DNA of 51,418 nucleotides, taken from the NCBI GenBank assembly GCA_041166245.1, contig JBEEFQ010000270.1:1-51418 (forward strand). The letters run 5' to 3'. Below the pieces are notes generated by a model. It saw only the letters and a list, made by a program, of their open reading frames with translations, was not told where the DNA came from and made no database searches. Below are positions 20,634-29,902 of this stretch, one piece after another. This DNA is from Actinomycetota bacterium. Lineage in GTDB: Bacteria > Actinomycetota > Acidimicrobiia > Acidimicrobiales > JAFATL01. Position 1 is the stretch's first letter, and every line of letters starts with the position of its first letter. The position numbers and the translations under genes are program-made.

Positions 20634-22241
20634 TCAGAAGTGGAGCTGGAGCTGGACGACGAGGCGTTCGACGGGGTCGTCGAGGTCGAGGGCGGCCACC
20701 TCGGCCAGGCGGCGGAGGCGGTAGCGGAAGGTGTTGGCGTGCACGCCCTGGGCTGCCGCCGCGGCGGGCACGTCGCCGAGGGCGGCGAAGTAGGCCCGAA
20801 GGGTCGGCACGTACTCGGTGCCCTTGTCGCGGTCGTGGTCGGCCAGCAGCGCGAGCTTGCCGACCCGCAGCCCCTCGTCCCTGGCCGCCAGCTCCTGCAG
20901 GCGCTGCAGCACGACCCGGGCCCGCACTTCGTCGGCGGTGGCGACGGGGCCAGCGTGCGGTGAGGCGGCGAGGGCCCGTAGCACGCGGTCCGCTTCGTCG
21001 CGGGACTCGACCAGCCCGGGCAGGCCCGGCACGGTGGCGCCGATGGCGGCCCGCAGCTCGACCTGCAGCGCCTCCGCGGCGCGCTCGGTGACGCCGCGGG
21101 CCAGCGCCGGGAGCCGGCCCCGGTCCTCGGGGTCGCCGGTGGGCGTGAGCAGGTACACGAGCGGACCGACCGCGACGGCGGTTGCCGGTCGGCGGTAGGA
21201 CTCGCAGTACAGCGTGACCAGGCTGGCCACCCGGTCGGCGACGGCCGCGGCAGCGGCCTGGTCGTCACGCCGCTCGACGGGCTCGAAGGCGACGATCGTG
21301 AGCGGGGTGGCGGGCGTGATCTGCAGCACGGGTGCCAGGGCCTCGGGCGCGGCCCGTCCCTCCAGGGCGGCGCGCAGCAGCTCGGTGCGCCGCCCCCGCT
21401 CGAGGTCGGCGCCCGAGTGGTACCGGAGGAGGTGGAGGGCGGCGATGCGCGCCGCCTCCAGCAGGGCGACCTCGGCCTCCTCCTGCACGGTGCCGTCGGC
21501 CACCTGGACCCAGATGGTGCCGAGGATCTCGTCACCGGCCCGGATCGACGTCGCCAGCCGGGGACGGATGCCGAGCTCGGCGTAGTCGACTCGCACCACG
21601 CCGGCCTCGCGTGCCAGGCGCCGGAAGACGCCATCGGCCTGCAACCGGGCGATCCACTCGTCGGGGACCCGCCGGCCGAGAATGGTGGCCCGCCGCCCCT
21701 CGTCGATCTCGTCGTCATGGCTCGAGTAGGCGAGCACGGTCGAGCGGGGGTCCTCGATGGTGACCGGACCACCGACCATCGCCGCCACCGCGTTGGCCAG
21801 GGCGAAGAGATCGCCGATGGGCACCCCACCCGGCGCCCGGTCGGGGGGAAGCCCCGCGGCCGCCGTCGCCGTCCGCAGCAGGGCGTGCAGCTGCCCCCAG
21901 GCCACCTCGGCGGTGGCCACGAGCAGGGCCACGCCCGCCTCCCGCGCCGCATCGCCCAGGTCGCCCACGTCGTTGGCCGCCCTCGACTTGAGCACGACGG
22001 CGGCCACCCCGGCCGCGCCGGCCCGGCGCACCAGGTCGGCGGCCTGGGGCTGCCGGGGATCGACACCCACGGCCAGCAGCACGTCGTCGGGCGCACCCAC
22101 CCAGTCCTCGGCCGGATCGAGGATGACCGATTCGCCCACAGCCACGTCGAGGCCCTTCGGCGCGGCGACGACGTCGATGATCCCCCCGCCCACGTGCTCG
22201 ACGACCTCGCCCAGCCGGGGTGCGTCGGCGCCGGTGGCCAT
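20634..22241 (-). CDS. PucR/CdaR family transcriptional regulator
   Basis: DLFALANAVAAMVGGPVTIED...VLAYS; C-terminal HTH TLRAYF...HANTFRYRLRR. Confidence 0.92.
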   Translation of the reverse strand: MATGADAPRLGEVVEHVGGGIIDVVAAPKGLDVAVGESVILDPAEDWVGAPDDVLLAVGVDPRQPQAADLVRRAGAAGVAAVVLKSRAANDVGDLGDAAREAGVALLVATAEVAWGQLHALLRTATAAAGLPPDRAPGGVPIGDLFALANAVAAMVGGPVTIEDPRSTVLAYSSHDDEIDEGRRATILGRRVPDEWIARLQADGVFRRLAREAGVVRVDYAELGIRPRLATSIRAGDEILGTIWVQVADGTVQEEAEVALLEAARIAALHLLRYHSGADLERGRRTELLRAALEGRAAPEALAPVLQITPATPLTIVAFEPVERRDDQAAAAAVADRVASLVTLYCESYRRPATAVAVGPLVYLLTPTGDPEDRGRLPALARGVTERAAEALQVELRAAIGATVPGLPGLVESRDEADRVLRALAASPHAGPVATADEVRARVVLQRLQELAARDEGLRVGKLALLADHDRDKGTEYVPTLRAYFAALGDVPAAAAAQGVHANTFRYRLRRLAEVAALDLDDPVERLVVQLQLHF

Positions 22242-22327
22242 ACCGAAACGGTACCGGGACGTGTTCCGAACGGGCCGGTCGAGGGCTACAATCGTCGATT
22301 CCCCCGTTGGGGGGCAGGGGGCGCAGG

Positions 22328-24460
22328 TTGGCGACACATCCCGATCTCCAGGACGAGCAGGCCTACATCGACAAGGCCTACGGGCGGCTGGAGGCCATGC
22401 GGCAGGCGGCGGCTGATCGCCGGGATGCGGCCCTCGTCCAGGGCAAGGGCGGCACGTTCCAGGCGCGCACCGAGCGGGACATCGTCGTGCGCTCGGCCCT
22501 GCACCGCCTCGAGCAGCTGGACATCGGGCGCGAACCGCTCTGCTTCGGCCGCATCGACGAGCTGCCGGACAACGGCCACGGCGCCGACACCTTCTACATC
22601 GGACGCTTGGCCGTCTCCGACGTCGACCAGGAGCCCCTGGTCGTGGACTGGCGGGCGCCCATCGCCGAGCCCTTCTATCGGGCCACCGGGCGCCACCCCA
22701 TGGGCCTGCGCCGCCGGCGCCACTTCGCCACCGACGGCCCCCGCATCACCGGCATCGAGGACGAGGTCTTCAGCGCGGACGGAACGGTCGAGGGCAACGG
22801 CGATATCGAGGTGGCGGGGCCGGGCGCCCTGCTGGCCGCCCTCGAACGGTCGCGCTCGGGGCGCATGCGCGACATCGTCGCCACCGTCCAGCGTGAGCAG
22901 GACGAGATCATCCGGGCCCCGCTCCGGGGCGCCCTCGTCGTGCAGGGTGGCCCTGGGACGGGAAAAACGGCTGTCGCCCTCCACCGGGCCGCCTACCTGC
23001 TCTACACCCACCGCTTCCCGCTCGAGACCCAGGGCGTGCTCGTGGTCGGGCCCAATCCGGTGTTCCTCCGCTACATCGAGCAGGTCCTGCCGTCGCTGGG
23101 CGAGACCGGCGTCTCGCTGACCACCATCGACGGGCTGGTCGACATCCACGCCAGAGGCACCGACCCGCCCGCGGCCGCCCGCCTCAAAGGCGACGTGCGC
23201 ATGGTGCAGTTCCTCGCCCGTGCCGTGCGCGACCGCGAGCGGGCGCTGCCGGCCGACGTCGAGATCCCGTACGGCCCCTACATCCTGCGACTGACCCGCG
23301 CCGACTCGGCCGCGGTCGTGCAGACCGCGAAGCGACGGGGCGGCGCCCACAACCCCCGGCGCCGCCAGGCCGAGACGCTCGTCATCGAGCGCCTCTACCG
23401 GCAGTACCGCGCCGCCGTCGAGCGCACTCGCCGCACCAACGTGCGGGTGGGCGCTGAGGAGGTCGGACTCACCGACGAGGCCGAGTTCGCGCGGGACCTC
23501 AGGCTCGACGGCGCCCTCGTCCCCTTGCTCGACCGCATGTGGCCCGTCCTCACCCCCCAGGAGCTGCTGCACGACCTGTTCGGCGCTCCCGCCCTCCTGC
23601 AGCTGGCCGGGCGCGACGTCCTCTCGGCCGAGGAGATCGCCGCCCTGCACCGGCCTCGGAGCGCCTCGTTCGACGAAGTGCCGTGGACGTCGGCCGACCT
23701 CGGGCTGCTCGACGAGGCGCGCGTGCTGCTGGGCGCCCGTCGCCGGCGCGCCACCGATCACGAGGTCCGCACCTACGGGCACATCGTCGTGGACGAGGCC
23801 CAGGACCTCTCGCCCATGCAGCTGCGAGTGCTGGCCCGCCGCTCGCTCGCGGGCTCGATGACCGTCGTGGGCGACATCGCCCAAGGCACCGGCCACTGGG
23901 CGCCCGACCGCTGGGAGCAGGTGCTCGAGCACCTGCCGGCTCGCGCCGACGCCCACCTGGTCGAGCTCACCGTCAACTACCGCACGCCGGGCGAGATCAT
24001 GGACCTGGCCACGCGGCTGCTGCCGGAAGCCGCACCCGGGGTGCGTCCGCCCCGGTCGGTGCGGCGCACGGGCGAGGGGCCGCGCGTCGTGCAGGCGGGC
24101 GAGGACCTGGCCAGCCGCGTCGCCGAGGTCGTCCGCGCTCTCGCCGACGAGCCGGGCACCGTCGCCGTCATCGCCCCGCCGTCGCTGTCCGATGCCGTCG
24201 GTCGGGCCTTCGACGCCGGCGGTGTCGCCTACGGCGATCCCGCCAGCTCAGGCCTCGACGCCCACGTCACGCTGCTCCCGCTCACCACCGCCAAGGGCCT
24301 CGAGTTCGACCAAGTCGTCGTGGTCGAGCCGTCCCGGCTCGTGCGTGAGGCGCCCCAGGGCCTGCGCGCCCTCTTCGTCGCCCTCACCCGCCCCACCCGC
24401 TCACTGACCATCGTCCACGCCGAGCCCCTCCCCGACGCCCTGGCCACCGCCCCCGTCTGA
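22328..24460 (+). CDS. HelD-family RNA polymerase-associated SF1 helicase-like protein
   Basis: LCFGRID, YIGR, VDWRAP, MRDIVATVQREQD, GGPGTGKTAVALHRAAYLLY, DEAQD, NYRTP, AKGLEFD; TTG start. Confidence 0.88.
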   Translation: MATHPDLQDEQAYIDKAYGRLEAMRQAAADRRDAALVQGKGGTFQARTERDIVVRSALHRLEQLDIGREPLCFGRIDELPDNGHGADTFYIGRLAVSDVDQEPLVVDWRAPIAEPFYRATGRHPMGLRRRRHFATDGPRITGIEDEVFSADGTVEGNGDIEVAGPGALLAALERSRSGRMRDIVATVQREQDEIIRAPLRGALVVQGGPGTGKTAVALHRAAYLLYTHRFPLETQGVLVVGPNPVFLRYIEQVLPSLGETGVSLTTIDGLVDIHARGTDPPAAARLKGDVRMVQFLARAVRDRERALPADVEIPYGPYILRLTRADSAAVVQTAKRRGGAHNPRRRQAETLVIERLYRQYRAAVERTRRTNVRVGAEEVGLTDEAEFARDLRLDGALVPLLDRMWPVLTPQELLHDLFGAPALLQLAGRDVLSAEEIAALHRPRSASFDEVPWTSADLGLLDEARVLLGARRRRATDHEVRTYGHIVVDEAQDLSPMQLRVLARRSLAGSMTVVGDIAQGTGHWAPDRWEQVLEHLPARADAHLVELTVNYRTPGEIMDLATRLLPEAAPGVRPPRSVRRTGEGPRVVQAGEDLASRVAEVVRALADEPGTVAVIAPPSLSDAVGRAFDAGGVAYGDPASSGLDAHVTLLPLTTAKGLEFDQVVVVEPSRLVREAPQGLRALFVALTRPTRSLTIVHAEPLPDALATAPV

Positions 24461-24506
24461 CTTTTTCGCGATTCGGGGCGCTATACGCCCTGAATCGCAG
24501 AAAAAG
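24461..24506. repeat. Palindrome filling the whole gap between convergent stops; likely bidirectional terminator
   Basis: CTTTTTCGCGATTCGGGGCG-CTATA-CGCCCTGAATCGCAGAAAAAG. Confidence 0.88.
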
Positions 24507-24890
24507 TCAGGGGCCGAGAACCGCTTCGGCCTCGATCTCGACCTTCCACCGTGGGTCGAGCAGGGCCGCGACCACCACCATGGTGGCGGCGGGGCGGATC
24601 TGGCCGAAGACGTCGCCGTGGACCCGGCCGACGACGTCGCCGTCAGCCGCGTCGGTGAGGAACATGCGGGTGCGCACGACGTCGTTCGCGGTCGCGCCCG
24701 CTTCCGCGAGTGCAGCCTCGATGATCTCCAGGCAGCGACGGGCCTGGGTCTCGGCGTCGGCCGCGCACGACCCGTCGGGCCACACCGGCGCGGTGCCCGA
24801 CACCACCACGCGGTTGCCCACGCGCACGGCTCGGCTGAAGCCGATGGTCGGCTCGAAGGGCGACCCGGAGCTGATCAAGCGGCGTTCCAC
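24507..24890 (-). CDS. RidA/YjgF family protein
   Basis: FEPTIGFSRAVRVG, SGTA, DVVRTRMF, RPAATMV, VEIEAEA. Confidence 0.92.
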   Translation of the reverse strand: MERRLISSGSPFEPTIGFSRAVRVGNRVVVSGTAPVWPDGSCAADAETQARRCLEIIEAALAEAGATANDVVRTRMFLTDAADGDVVGRVHGDVFGQIRPAATMVVVAALLDPRWKVEIEAEAVLGP

Positions 24891-24905
24891 ACGCCGGGTT
24901 GTAGC

Positions 24906-24958
24906 CGACTTTTCGTCAGGCCCGTGCCTGGAGCGCGCACCGAATCGCGTAAAAGTCG
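24906..24958. repeat. Degenerate palindrome related to the 24461 element
   Basis: CGACTTTT...AAAAGTCG termini; right arm GAATCGCGTAAAAG resembles GAATCGCAGAAAAAG. Confidence 0.6.
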
Positions 24959-24971
24959 ATTTGGGGCTAGC

Positions 24972-25826
24972 TCAGGCGGGGAGGAGGTCGCCGAGCGAGG
25001 CGGGTCGGGCCAGGCGCTCGAGCGTGCCGCGGCGGTCGCCGATGGCGGCGAAGTAGGCGTCCTTGCGGCGGGCGACGCGACCGCCGGGGCGGGCCACGGC
25101 CGGCGCGGTGTCGGGCTGCAGGTGGGCATCGAGGCCTTCGCGCAGCAGCGTGAGCGCCTCGGCCCGCATCTGGGAGATGCGGCTGTCGGTGACGCCGAGC
25201 TCTTCCCCGAGCTCGTGCATCGACCGCTCCTCGAAGAAGTACCCGATGACGACCTTTTGCAGCCGGGCCGGCAGGGCGGCGACGGCGTCGACCAGGTAGG
25301 CCTGCCGTTCCCGCTCGAGCAGGCAGGCGTCGGGGGCGCTGCCCTCGTCGACCGGCAGGAGGTCGTCGCCCGATCCGTCCTCGAACAGTGACTCGTAGTT
25401 GACGACGTTGGCCTGGGCCACGCCCGCGGCCACCGCGTGGAGATCGGACACGTCGCAGCCCAGCTTCTCCGCCACCTCGGCGGGGGAGGGTGCCCGTCCG
25501 AGAAGGGCGGTCAGCTCCTCGCCTGCCTTGTGGGCGGCGCGGGCCGAGGCCCGCACCGAGCGGGTGGCCCAGTCGCGCGAGCGCAGCTCGTCGAGCAGGG
25601 CACCCCGGATGCGCCGGCTGGCGAAGCGGTCGAACGGAACGCCACGCTCCTCATCGAAGCCACGGGCCGCCTGGGCCAGCCCCGCCATGCCCGCCGACTC
25701 GAGGTCATCGCGGCTCACGTAGGACGGGATGCGCTGGGACATCTCCGCCACCAGGTAGTGCACGAGCGGCATGTGGGCGCGCACGAGAGCGTCCTCCGCC
25801 CCCCTGGTCCCCTGTGCCCCATCCAT
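24972..25826 (-). CDS. fliA: FliA/WhiG-family (sigma28-type) RNA polymerase sigma factor
   Basis: DDLESAG, FDEERGVPF, RIRGALLDELRSRDW, region 4 ELGEELGVTDSRISQMR; start 25826 or 25838. Confidence 0.88.
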   Translation of the reverse strand: MDGAQGTRGAEDALVRAHMPLVHYLVAEMSQRIPSYVSRDDLESAGMAGLAQAARGFDEERGVPFDRFASRRIRGALLDELRSRDWATRSVRASARAAHKAGEELTALLGRAPSPAEVAEKLGCDVSDLHAVAAGVAQANVVNYESLFEDGSGDDLLPVDEGSAPDACLLERERQAYLVDAVAALPARLQKVVIGYFFEERSMHELGEELGVTDSRISQMRAEALTLLREGLDAHLQPDTAPAVARPGGRVARRKDAYFAAIGDRRGTLERLARPASLGDLLPA

Positions 25827-25952
25827 CGCATGGACCATCGGCGCGACGGCCGCGCTTCCGTATCGGCCGGGCGGGCGATCCGCCCGCACCTGGACAACCC
25901 GGTCGAACGGTGACTGCCTGGTCGCGGGGACTAGTCCCCCTACGATGGCCTC

Positions 25953-26579
25953 GTGGGCGACGAGGTGGCTGTGGTCGTCGACCAGTGGGCCCTCGTCCGC
26001 CTGGGGATCACCGCCGTGCTGCAGTCGGAGGGGATCGAGGTGGTGGCCGAGGAGGCCGCTGGTCGTGATGGTCTGCTGCGCGCCCGCACCCTCGAACCGA
26101 GCCTGCTGGTGCTGGGCGCCATGGCTGACCTCTCCATGGCGGAGGCGGTCAACCAGGCACGTCAGCTGCCGGTGCGGCCGCAGGTGCTGGTCCTCGTATC
26201 GGCAATGGTCCCCGCCGATCTGAGGGAACTGATGGAATCGGCTCCCGACGGCGTGCTCGTGCGGTCGGCCGGCGCCGAGGAGGTGCGCGACGCCATCGTC
26301 CGCATGCGGGCCGGTGAGCGGGTGGTGGCGCCCGCCTTGCTGGGCGCAGTGATGGACGGTCTCCAGGGCGGCGCGGCCGACGCCGGTCCGCTCACCACCA
26401 AGGAGCAGGAGGTGCTGGCCCGGTTGGCCGAAGGCCGCTCCAACCAGCAGATCGCCGAGGCCATGTTCGTCACGCCCGCGACCGTGAAGACCCATTTGTC
26501 GAACATCTACGCCAAGCTCGGCGTGGGCAGCCGCCAGGAGGCGCTGGCCCGGGCGGTGGCTTTGGGGCTGTTGGGATAG
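25953..26579 (+). CDS. NarL/LuxR-type response regulator with a degenerate (pseudo) receiver domain
   Basis: LuxR HTH LTTKEQEVL...SNQQIA...TVKTHLSNIYAKLG; receiver lacks the phospho-Asp (LLVLG), has DQ for DD and R for K. Confidence 0.9.
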   Translation: MGDEVAVVVDQWALVRLGITAVLQSEGIEVVAEEAAGRDGLLRARTLEPSLLVLGAMADLSMAEAVNQARQLPVRPQVLVLVSAMVPADLRELMESAPDGVLVRSAGAEEVRDAIVRMRAGERVVAPALLGAVMDGLQGGAADAGPLTTKEQEVLARLAEGRSNQQIAEAMFVTPATVKTHLSNIYAKLGVGSRQEALARAVALGLLG

Positions 26580-26588
26580 GTCGAACGG

Positions 26589-26616
26589 CTCACGTCCGGG
26601 GTGACGCGGCCGATCA
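26589..26616 (+). promoter_or_regulatory. Sigma28/FliA-type promoter upstream of flgN
   Basis: CTCA-N16-GCCGATCA, ending 9 nt before the ATG at 26626. Confidence 0.72.
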
Positions 26617-26625
26617 GAAGACGTC

Positions 26626-26997
26626 ATGCCGTTGCGCGAGGTCTCCGACGTCCTGTGGCGGGAGCGACGCCTCCTCGAGGTGCTCGAGTTCAAGCTCGAG
26701 GAGGAGCGCCTGCTCGCCGAGGCCGGTCACCAGCGCTGGCTGCACCGGGCCACCCGCGAGGTCGCCCTCGTGCGCAGTGAGCTGCGCCGGGCCGAGCTCG
26801 ACCGGGCCATCGCGGTGGCCGCTGCCGCCAATGACCTCGGCATCGAGCACCCGACCACCCTGCGGGACCTGGCGACGGCCGCGCCCGCGCCGTGGTCAGG
26901 GATCTTCGAGCGCCACCGCGACGCCCTGCTCCGCGCCGCCGACCAGGTGGCCGAGCTCAGCGCCCGCTGCGAGCGGGCCGCGGCCGGTGCGCCGTGA
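26626..26997 (+). CDS. flgN: FlgN-like flagellar export chaperone (short, 123 aa)
   Basis: SDVLWRERRLLEVLEFKLEEE...RWLHRATREV...ELDRA...APAPWSGIFERHR matches the actinobacterial FlgN pattern. Confidence 0.8.
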   Translation: MPLREVSDVLWRERRLLEVLEFKLEEERLLAEAGHQRWLHRATREVALVRSELRRAELDRAIAVAAAANDLGIEHPTTLRDLATAAPAPWSGIFERHRDALLRAADQVAELSARCERAAAGAP

Positions 26998-27131
26998 ACG
27001 GACCTGACGAACCGTCCGAGGAGGACGAGGAGCTTCCCGTCGATCGCGACCTCAGCGAGCTGACGGCGGACGAAGTGCGCCGCCGCACCGAGGCGCCGCT
27101 GCCGCGCTCGCTCATCGAGTTCCTGCGGTAG
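26994..27131 (+). CDS. 45-aa acidic peptide with an FlgL-like C-terminus (hypothetical)
   Basis: GTGA overlap with flgN; MNGPDEPSEEDEELPVDRDLSELTADEVRRRTEAPLPRSLIEFLR; fills the gap to pdxH. Confidence 0.65.
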   Translation: MNGPDEPSEEDEELPVDRDLSELTADEVRRRTEAPLPRSLIEFLR

Positions 27132-27134
27132 CAA

Positions 27135-27710
27135 GTGAGGGTGGACCCCCTCGGCACGGTGCAGCAATGGCTCGACGAGGCCGTCGCGGCGGGCATCGAG
27201 GAGCCGTCCGCGATGACGCTCGCCACCGCCACGCCAGACGGCGACGTCTCGGCCCGCATGGTGCTGCTGCGGGGCCTCGACGACCGCGGCCTCGTCTTCT
27301 ACACGAACCGGCGCAGCGCCAAGGGACGCGAGCTCGCCGCCAACCCCCGCGCCGCGGCCGTCCTGCACTGGCAGGCCCTTGGACGCCAGGTCCGGGTGAC
27401 CGGCAGGGTCACCGAGGCCGACGACGCCACATCCGACGCCTACTTCGCGGCCCGGGCCCGAGGCAGTCAGCTCAGCGCGTGGGCTTCGCCCCAGAGCGAG
27501 ATCATCACCGACCGCGCCGTCCTGGACGACGCAGTGGCCGAGCTGAGCCGGCGCTACCCCGACGCCGTCCCCCGCCCGCCCTGGTGGGGCGGGTACTGGC
27601 TCGCCCCCGACGTCGTCGAGCTCTGGACCCATCGCGACAACCGTCTCCACGACCGCCAGCGCTTCACCCGCGACGGCGACGCCTGGCGCCACGACCTCCT
27701 CGCGCCCTGA
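27135..27710 (+). CDS. pdxH: Pyridoxamine 5'-phosphate oxidase
   Basis: AMTLAT, SARMVLL, FYTN..SAKG, RQVRV, SAWASPQS, WGGY, NRLHDR. Confidence 0.95.
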   Translation: MRVDPLGTVQQWLDEAVAAGIEEPSAMTLATATPDGDVSARMVLLRGLDDRGLVFYTNRRSAKGRELAANPRAAAVLHWQALGRQVRVTGRVTEADDATSDAYFAARARGSQLSAWASPQSEIITDRAVLDDAVAELSRRYPDAVPRPPWWGGYWLAPDVVELWTHRDNRLHDRQRFTRDGDAWRHDLLAP

Positions 27711-27724
27711 CGTAGCTTCTCCCT

Positions 27725-28057
27725 ATGAGCGACACGCCGCCCCCCGCCCCTGAAGTTGGGCTCGACGAGCTGGCCAAGGCCATCGACGAGGGGGCGGTCG
27801 TGGTCGACGTCCGCGAGGTGGACGAGTACGCCGAAGCCCACGTGCCCGGCGTGCGCCTCATCCCCCTGTCGGAGTTCCAGCAGCGGTGGGAGGAGATTCC
27901 CGGCGACGGGCCCGTGTACGTCATCTGCGCGGTCGGCGGCCGCAGCATGAAGGCGGCCACTGCGCTGCGCCAGGCCGGCATCGACGCCTTCAACGTGGCG
28001 GGTGGCACCAACGCCTGGAAGGGCGAGGGCCGCCCCATCGAGTCGGGGGCACCGTGA
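27725..28057 (+). CDS. Single-domain rhodanese (sulfurtransferase)
   Basis: VDVREVDEY..AHVPG, active-site CAVGGRS, NVAGGTNAW. Confidence 0.92.
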   Translation: MSDTPPPAPEVGLDELAKAIDEGAVVVDVREVDEYAEAHVPGVRLIPLSEFQQRWEEIPGDGPVYVICAVGGRSMKAATALRQAGIDAFNVAGGTNAWKGEGRPIESGAP

Positions 28058-28821
28058 GACTACGAACGGAGGTCGACGGCGACGTCCTCGTCGTCACCAT
28101 CGACCGCCCGCAGGTGCGCAACGCGGTCGACGGCGACACCGCCAGCGCCCTCTACCGCGCCTTCAAGGCGTTCGACGCCGACGAATCGCTGGCCGCCGCC
28201 GTCCTCACCGGCGCCGAGGGCACGTTCTGCGCGGGAGCCGACCTCAAGCAGGTCGCGGGCGGCCGGCCGGTGCGCAAGCTCGAGCCGGACGAGGCGCCGA
28301 TGGGCCCGACCCACCTGCTGCTGAACAAGCCGGTGATCGCCGCGGTCGAGGGCCACTGCGTGGCCGGCGGCCTCGAGCTCGCCGTCTGGTGCGACCTGCG
28401 GGTCGCGGCCACCGACGCCGTCTTCGGCGTGTACTGCCGGCGCTGGGGCGTGCCCCTCATCGACGGCGGCACCGTGCGGCTCTCCCGCATGCTCGGCCAC
28501 GGCCACGCTCTCGACCTCATCCTCACCGGGCGGGGGGTCTCGGGCGACGAGGCCCGCATGATGGGACTGGCCAACCGCCTGGTCGACCCCGGTCAGGCGC
28601 TGCCGGAGGCCATCACCATGGCTCACCAGCTGGCCGCCTTCCCTCCCAACTGCCTGCGGGCCGACCGGCGCTCGTCCTACGAGCAGTGGGGCATGCCCCT
28701 CGACGCCGCCCTGGCGCGTGAGCGCGAGCTCGGGGTCGAGGTGCTGCGCTCGGGCGAGACGCAGCAGGGCGCGGCCCGCTTCGCCGACGGCGCCGGCCGC
28801 CACGGCTCCTTCAACTCTTGA
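28054..28821 (+). CDS. Crotonase / enoyl-CoA hydratase family protein
   Basis: FCAGADLK, KPVIAAVEG, AGGLELA, CRRWGVPLIDGGTVRL. Confidence 0.93.
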   Translation: MRLRTEVDGDVLVVTIDRPQVRNAVDGDTASALYRAFKAFDADESLAAAVLTGAEGTFCAGADLKQVAGGRPVRKLEPDEAPMGPTHLLLNKPVIAAVEGHCVAGGLELAVWCDLRVAATDAVFGVYCRRWGVPLIDGGTVRLSRMLGHGHALDLILTGRGVSGDEARMMGLANRLVDPGQALPEAITMAHQLAAFPPNCLRADRRSSYEQWGMPLDAALARERELGVEVLRSGETQQGAARFADGAGRHGSFNS

Positions 28822-29219
28822 AGACGATCGAGATCCAGCTCGATACGGGCAGGACCCATCTCGTCGACGTGACGGGCGAGGTCGCGGAGTTCTGTCGCGG
28901 TGAGGGCGACGGCCTGGTGCATGTCTTCGCGCCCCACGCCACCGCCGGCCTGGCGCTCATGGAGCTGGGTGCGGGCTCCGAGCCCGACGTGGAGGAGATG
29001 CTCGCGCGCCTCCTGCCCAGGGATGACCGCTACACCCACCGCCACGGCTCGCCCGGGCACGGGGCCGACCACGTGCCCCCGGTGCTCGTGAGCCCGTCGC
29101 TCGTGCTGCCCGTCATCGACGGCCGCCTGGCCCTGGGTACGTGGCAGAGCGTCGTGCTCGTCGACCCCAACGACGACAACCCGCACCGCACCGTCCGCCT
29201 CAGCTTCATCTCGGGATGA
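28818..29219 (+). CDS. YjbQ / UPF0047 family protein
   Basis: PHATAG, HGADH, LALGTWQSVVL. Confidence 0.9.
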   Translation: MKTIEIQLDTGRTHLVDVTGEVAEFCRGEGDGLVHVFAPHATAGLALMELGAGSEPDVEEMLARLLPRDDRYTHRHGSPGHGADHVPPVLVSPSLVLPVIDGRLALGTWQSVVLVDPNDDNPHRTVRLSFISG

Positions 29220-29902
29220 CGCGCTTTGATGCAGTGTTGTTCGACTTCGGCGACACGCTCTTCTACCGCGCCGGTGGACCGGCTCGGCTGGTGGAGCTGG
29301 CCCGAGCCGCCGGCGCCGCCGTGTCGGACGACACGGCCCAGGCGTTGTGGGACCAGGTCCAGCTCGACGCCCGTACGCCGGAGGCGATGGCCAAGGGCCG
29401 CGACCTCTCCCGCGACGCGCACGACCGGGAGTGGCTCGCGCTCTACGCCGCCTTCGACCAGCTCGGTGCAGGGATCGGCGCGGCCATGTACACCCACGAG
29501 ATGGGCCCGGGCGGGTGGGTGCCGTTCACCGACACTCGCTCCACCCTCGAGGCGTTGCGCGCCGCAGGGGTCAAGGTCGGCGTGGTGAGCAACGCAGGAT
29601 GGGACGTGCGCATCCAGTTCGTTGCCGCCGGGATCCACGAGCTGGTCGACGCGTACGCCCTGTCCTACGAGATCGGGGTCATCAAGCCGGACCCCGAGAT
29701 GTTCCTGCGGCCGTGCAAGGAGCTCGGCGTCGAGCCCGCGCGAGCGCTGATGGTGGGCGACACACCGATCCCCGACGGCGGCGCGGTCGGGGCCGGCATC
29801 GCCACCTACCTGCTCCCGCTCGCGCCGCCCGACGGACCGCGGGGCCTCGACACGGTTGTCCGGCTGGTCGGGGCGGGCACTGGTACGGTCGCCGCGCCGT
29901 GA
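29216..29902 (+). CDS. HAD-family hydrolase (phosphatase)
   Basis: LFDFGDTL, VVSN, KPDPEMF, MVGD. Confidence 0.9.
   Translation: MTRFDAVLFDFGDTLFYRAGGPARLVELARAAGAAVSDDTAQALWDQVQLDARTPEAMAKGRDLSRDAHDREWLALYAAFDQLGAGIGAAMYTHEMGPGGWVPFTDTRSTLEALRAAGVKVGVVSNAGWDVRIQFVAAGIHELVDAYALSYEIGVIKPDPEMFLRPCKELGVEPARALMVGDTPIPDGGAVGAGIATYLLPLAPPDGPRGLDTVVRLVGAGTGTVAAP

Noticed and set aside
22242-22327. HelD-like gene as the rifamycin-resistance factor HelR
   Set aside because: No rifamycin-associated element palindrome visible upstream; treated as a generic HelD-family gene.
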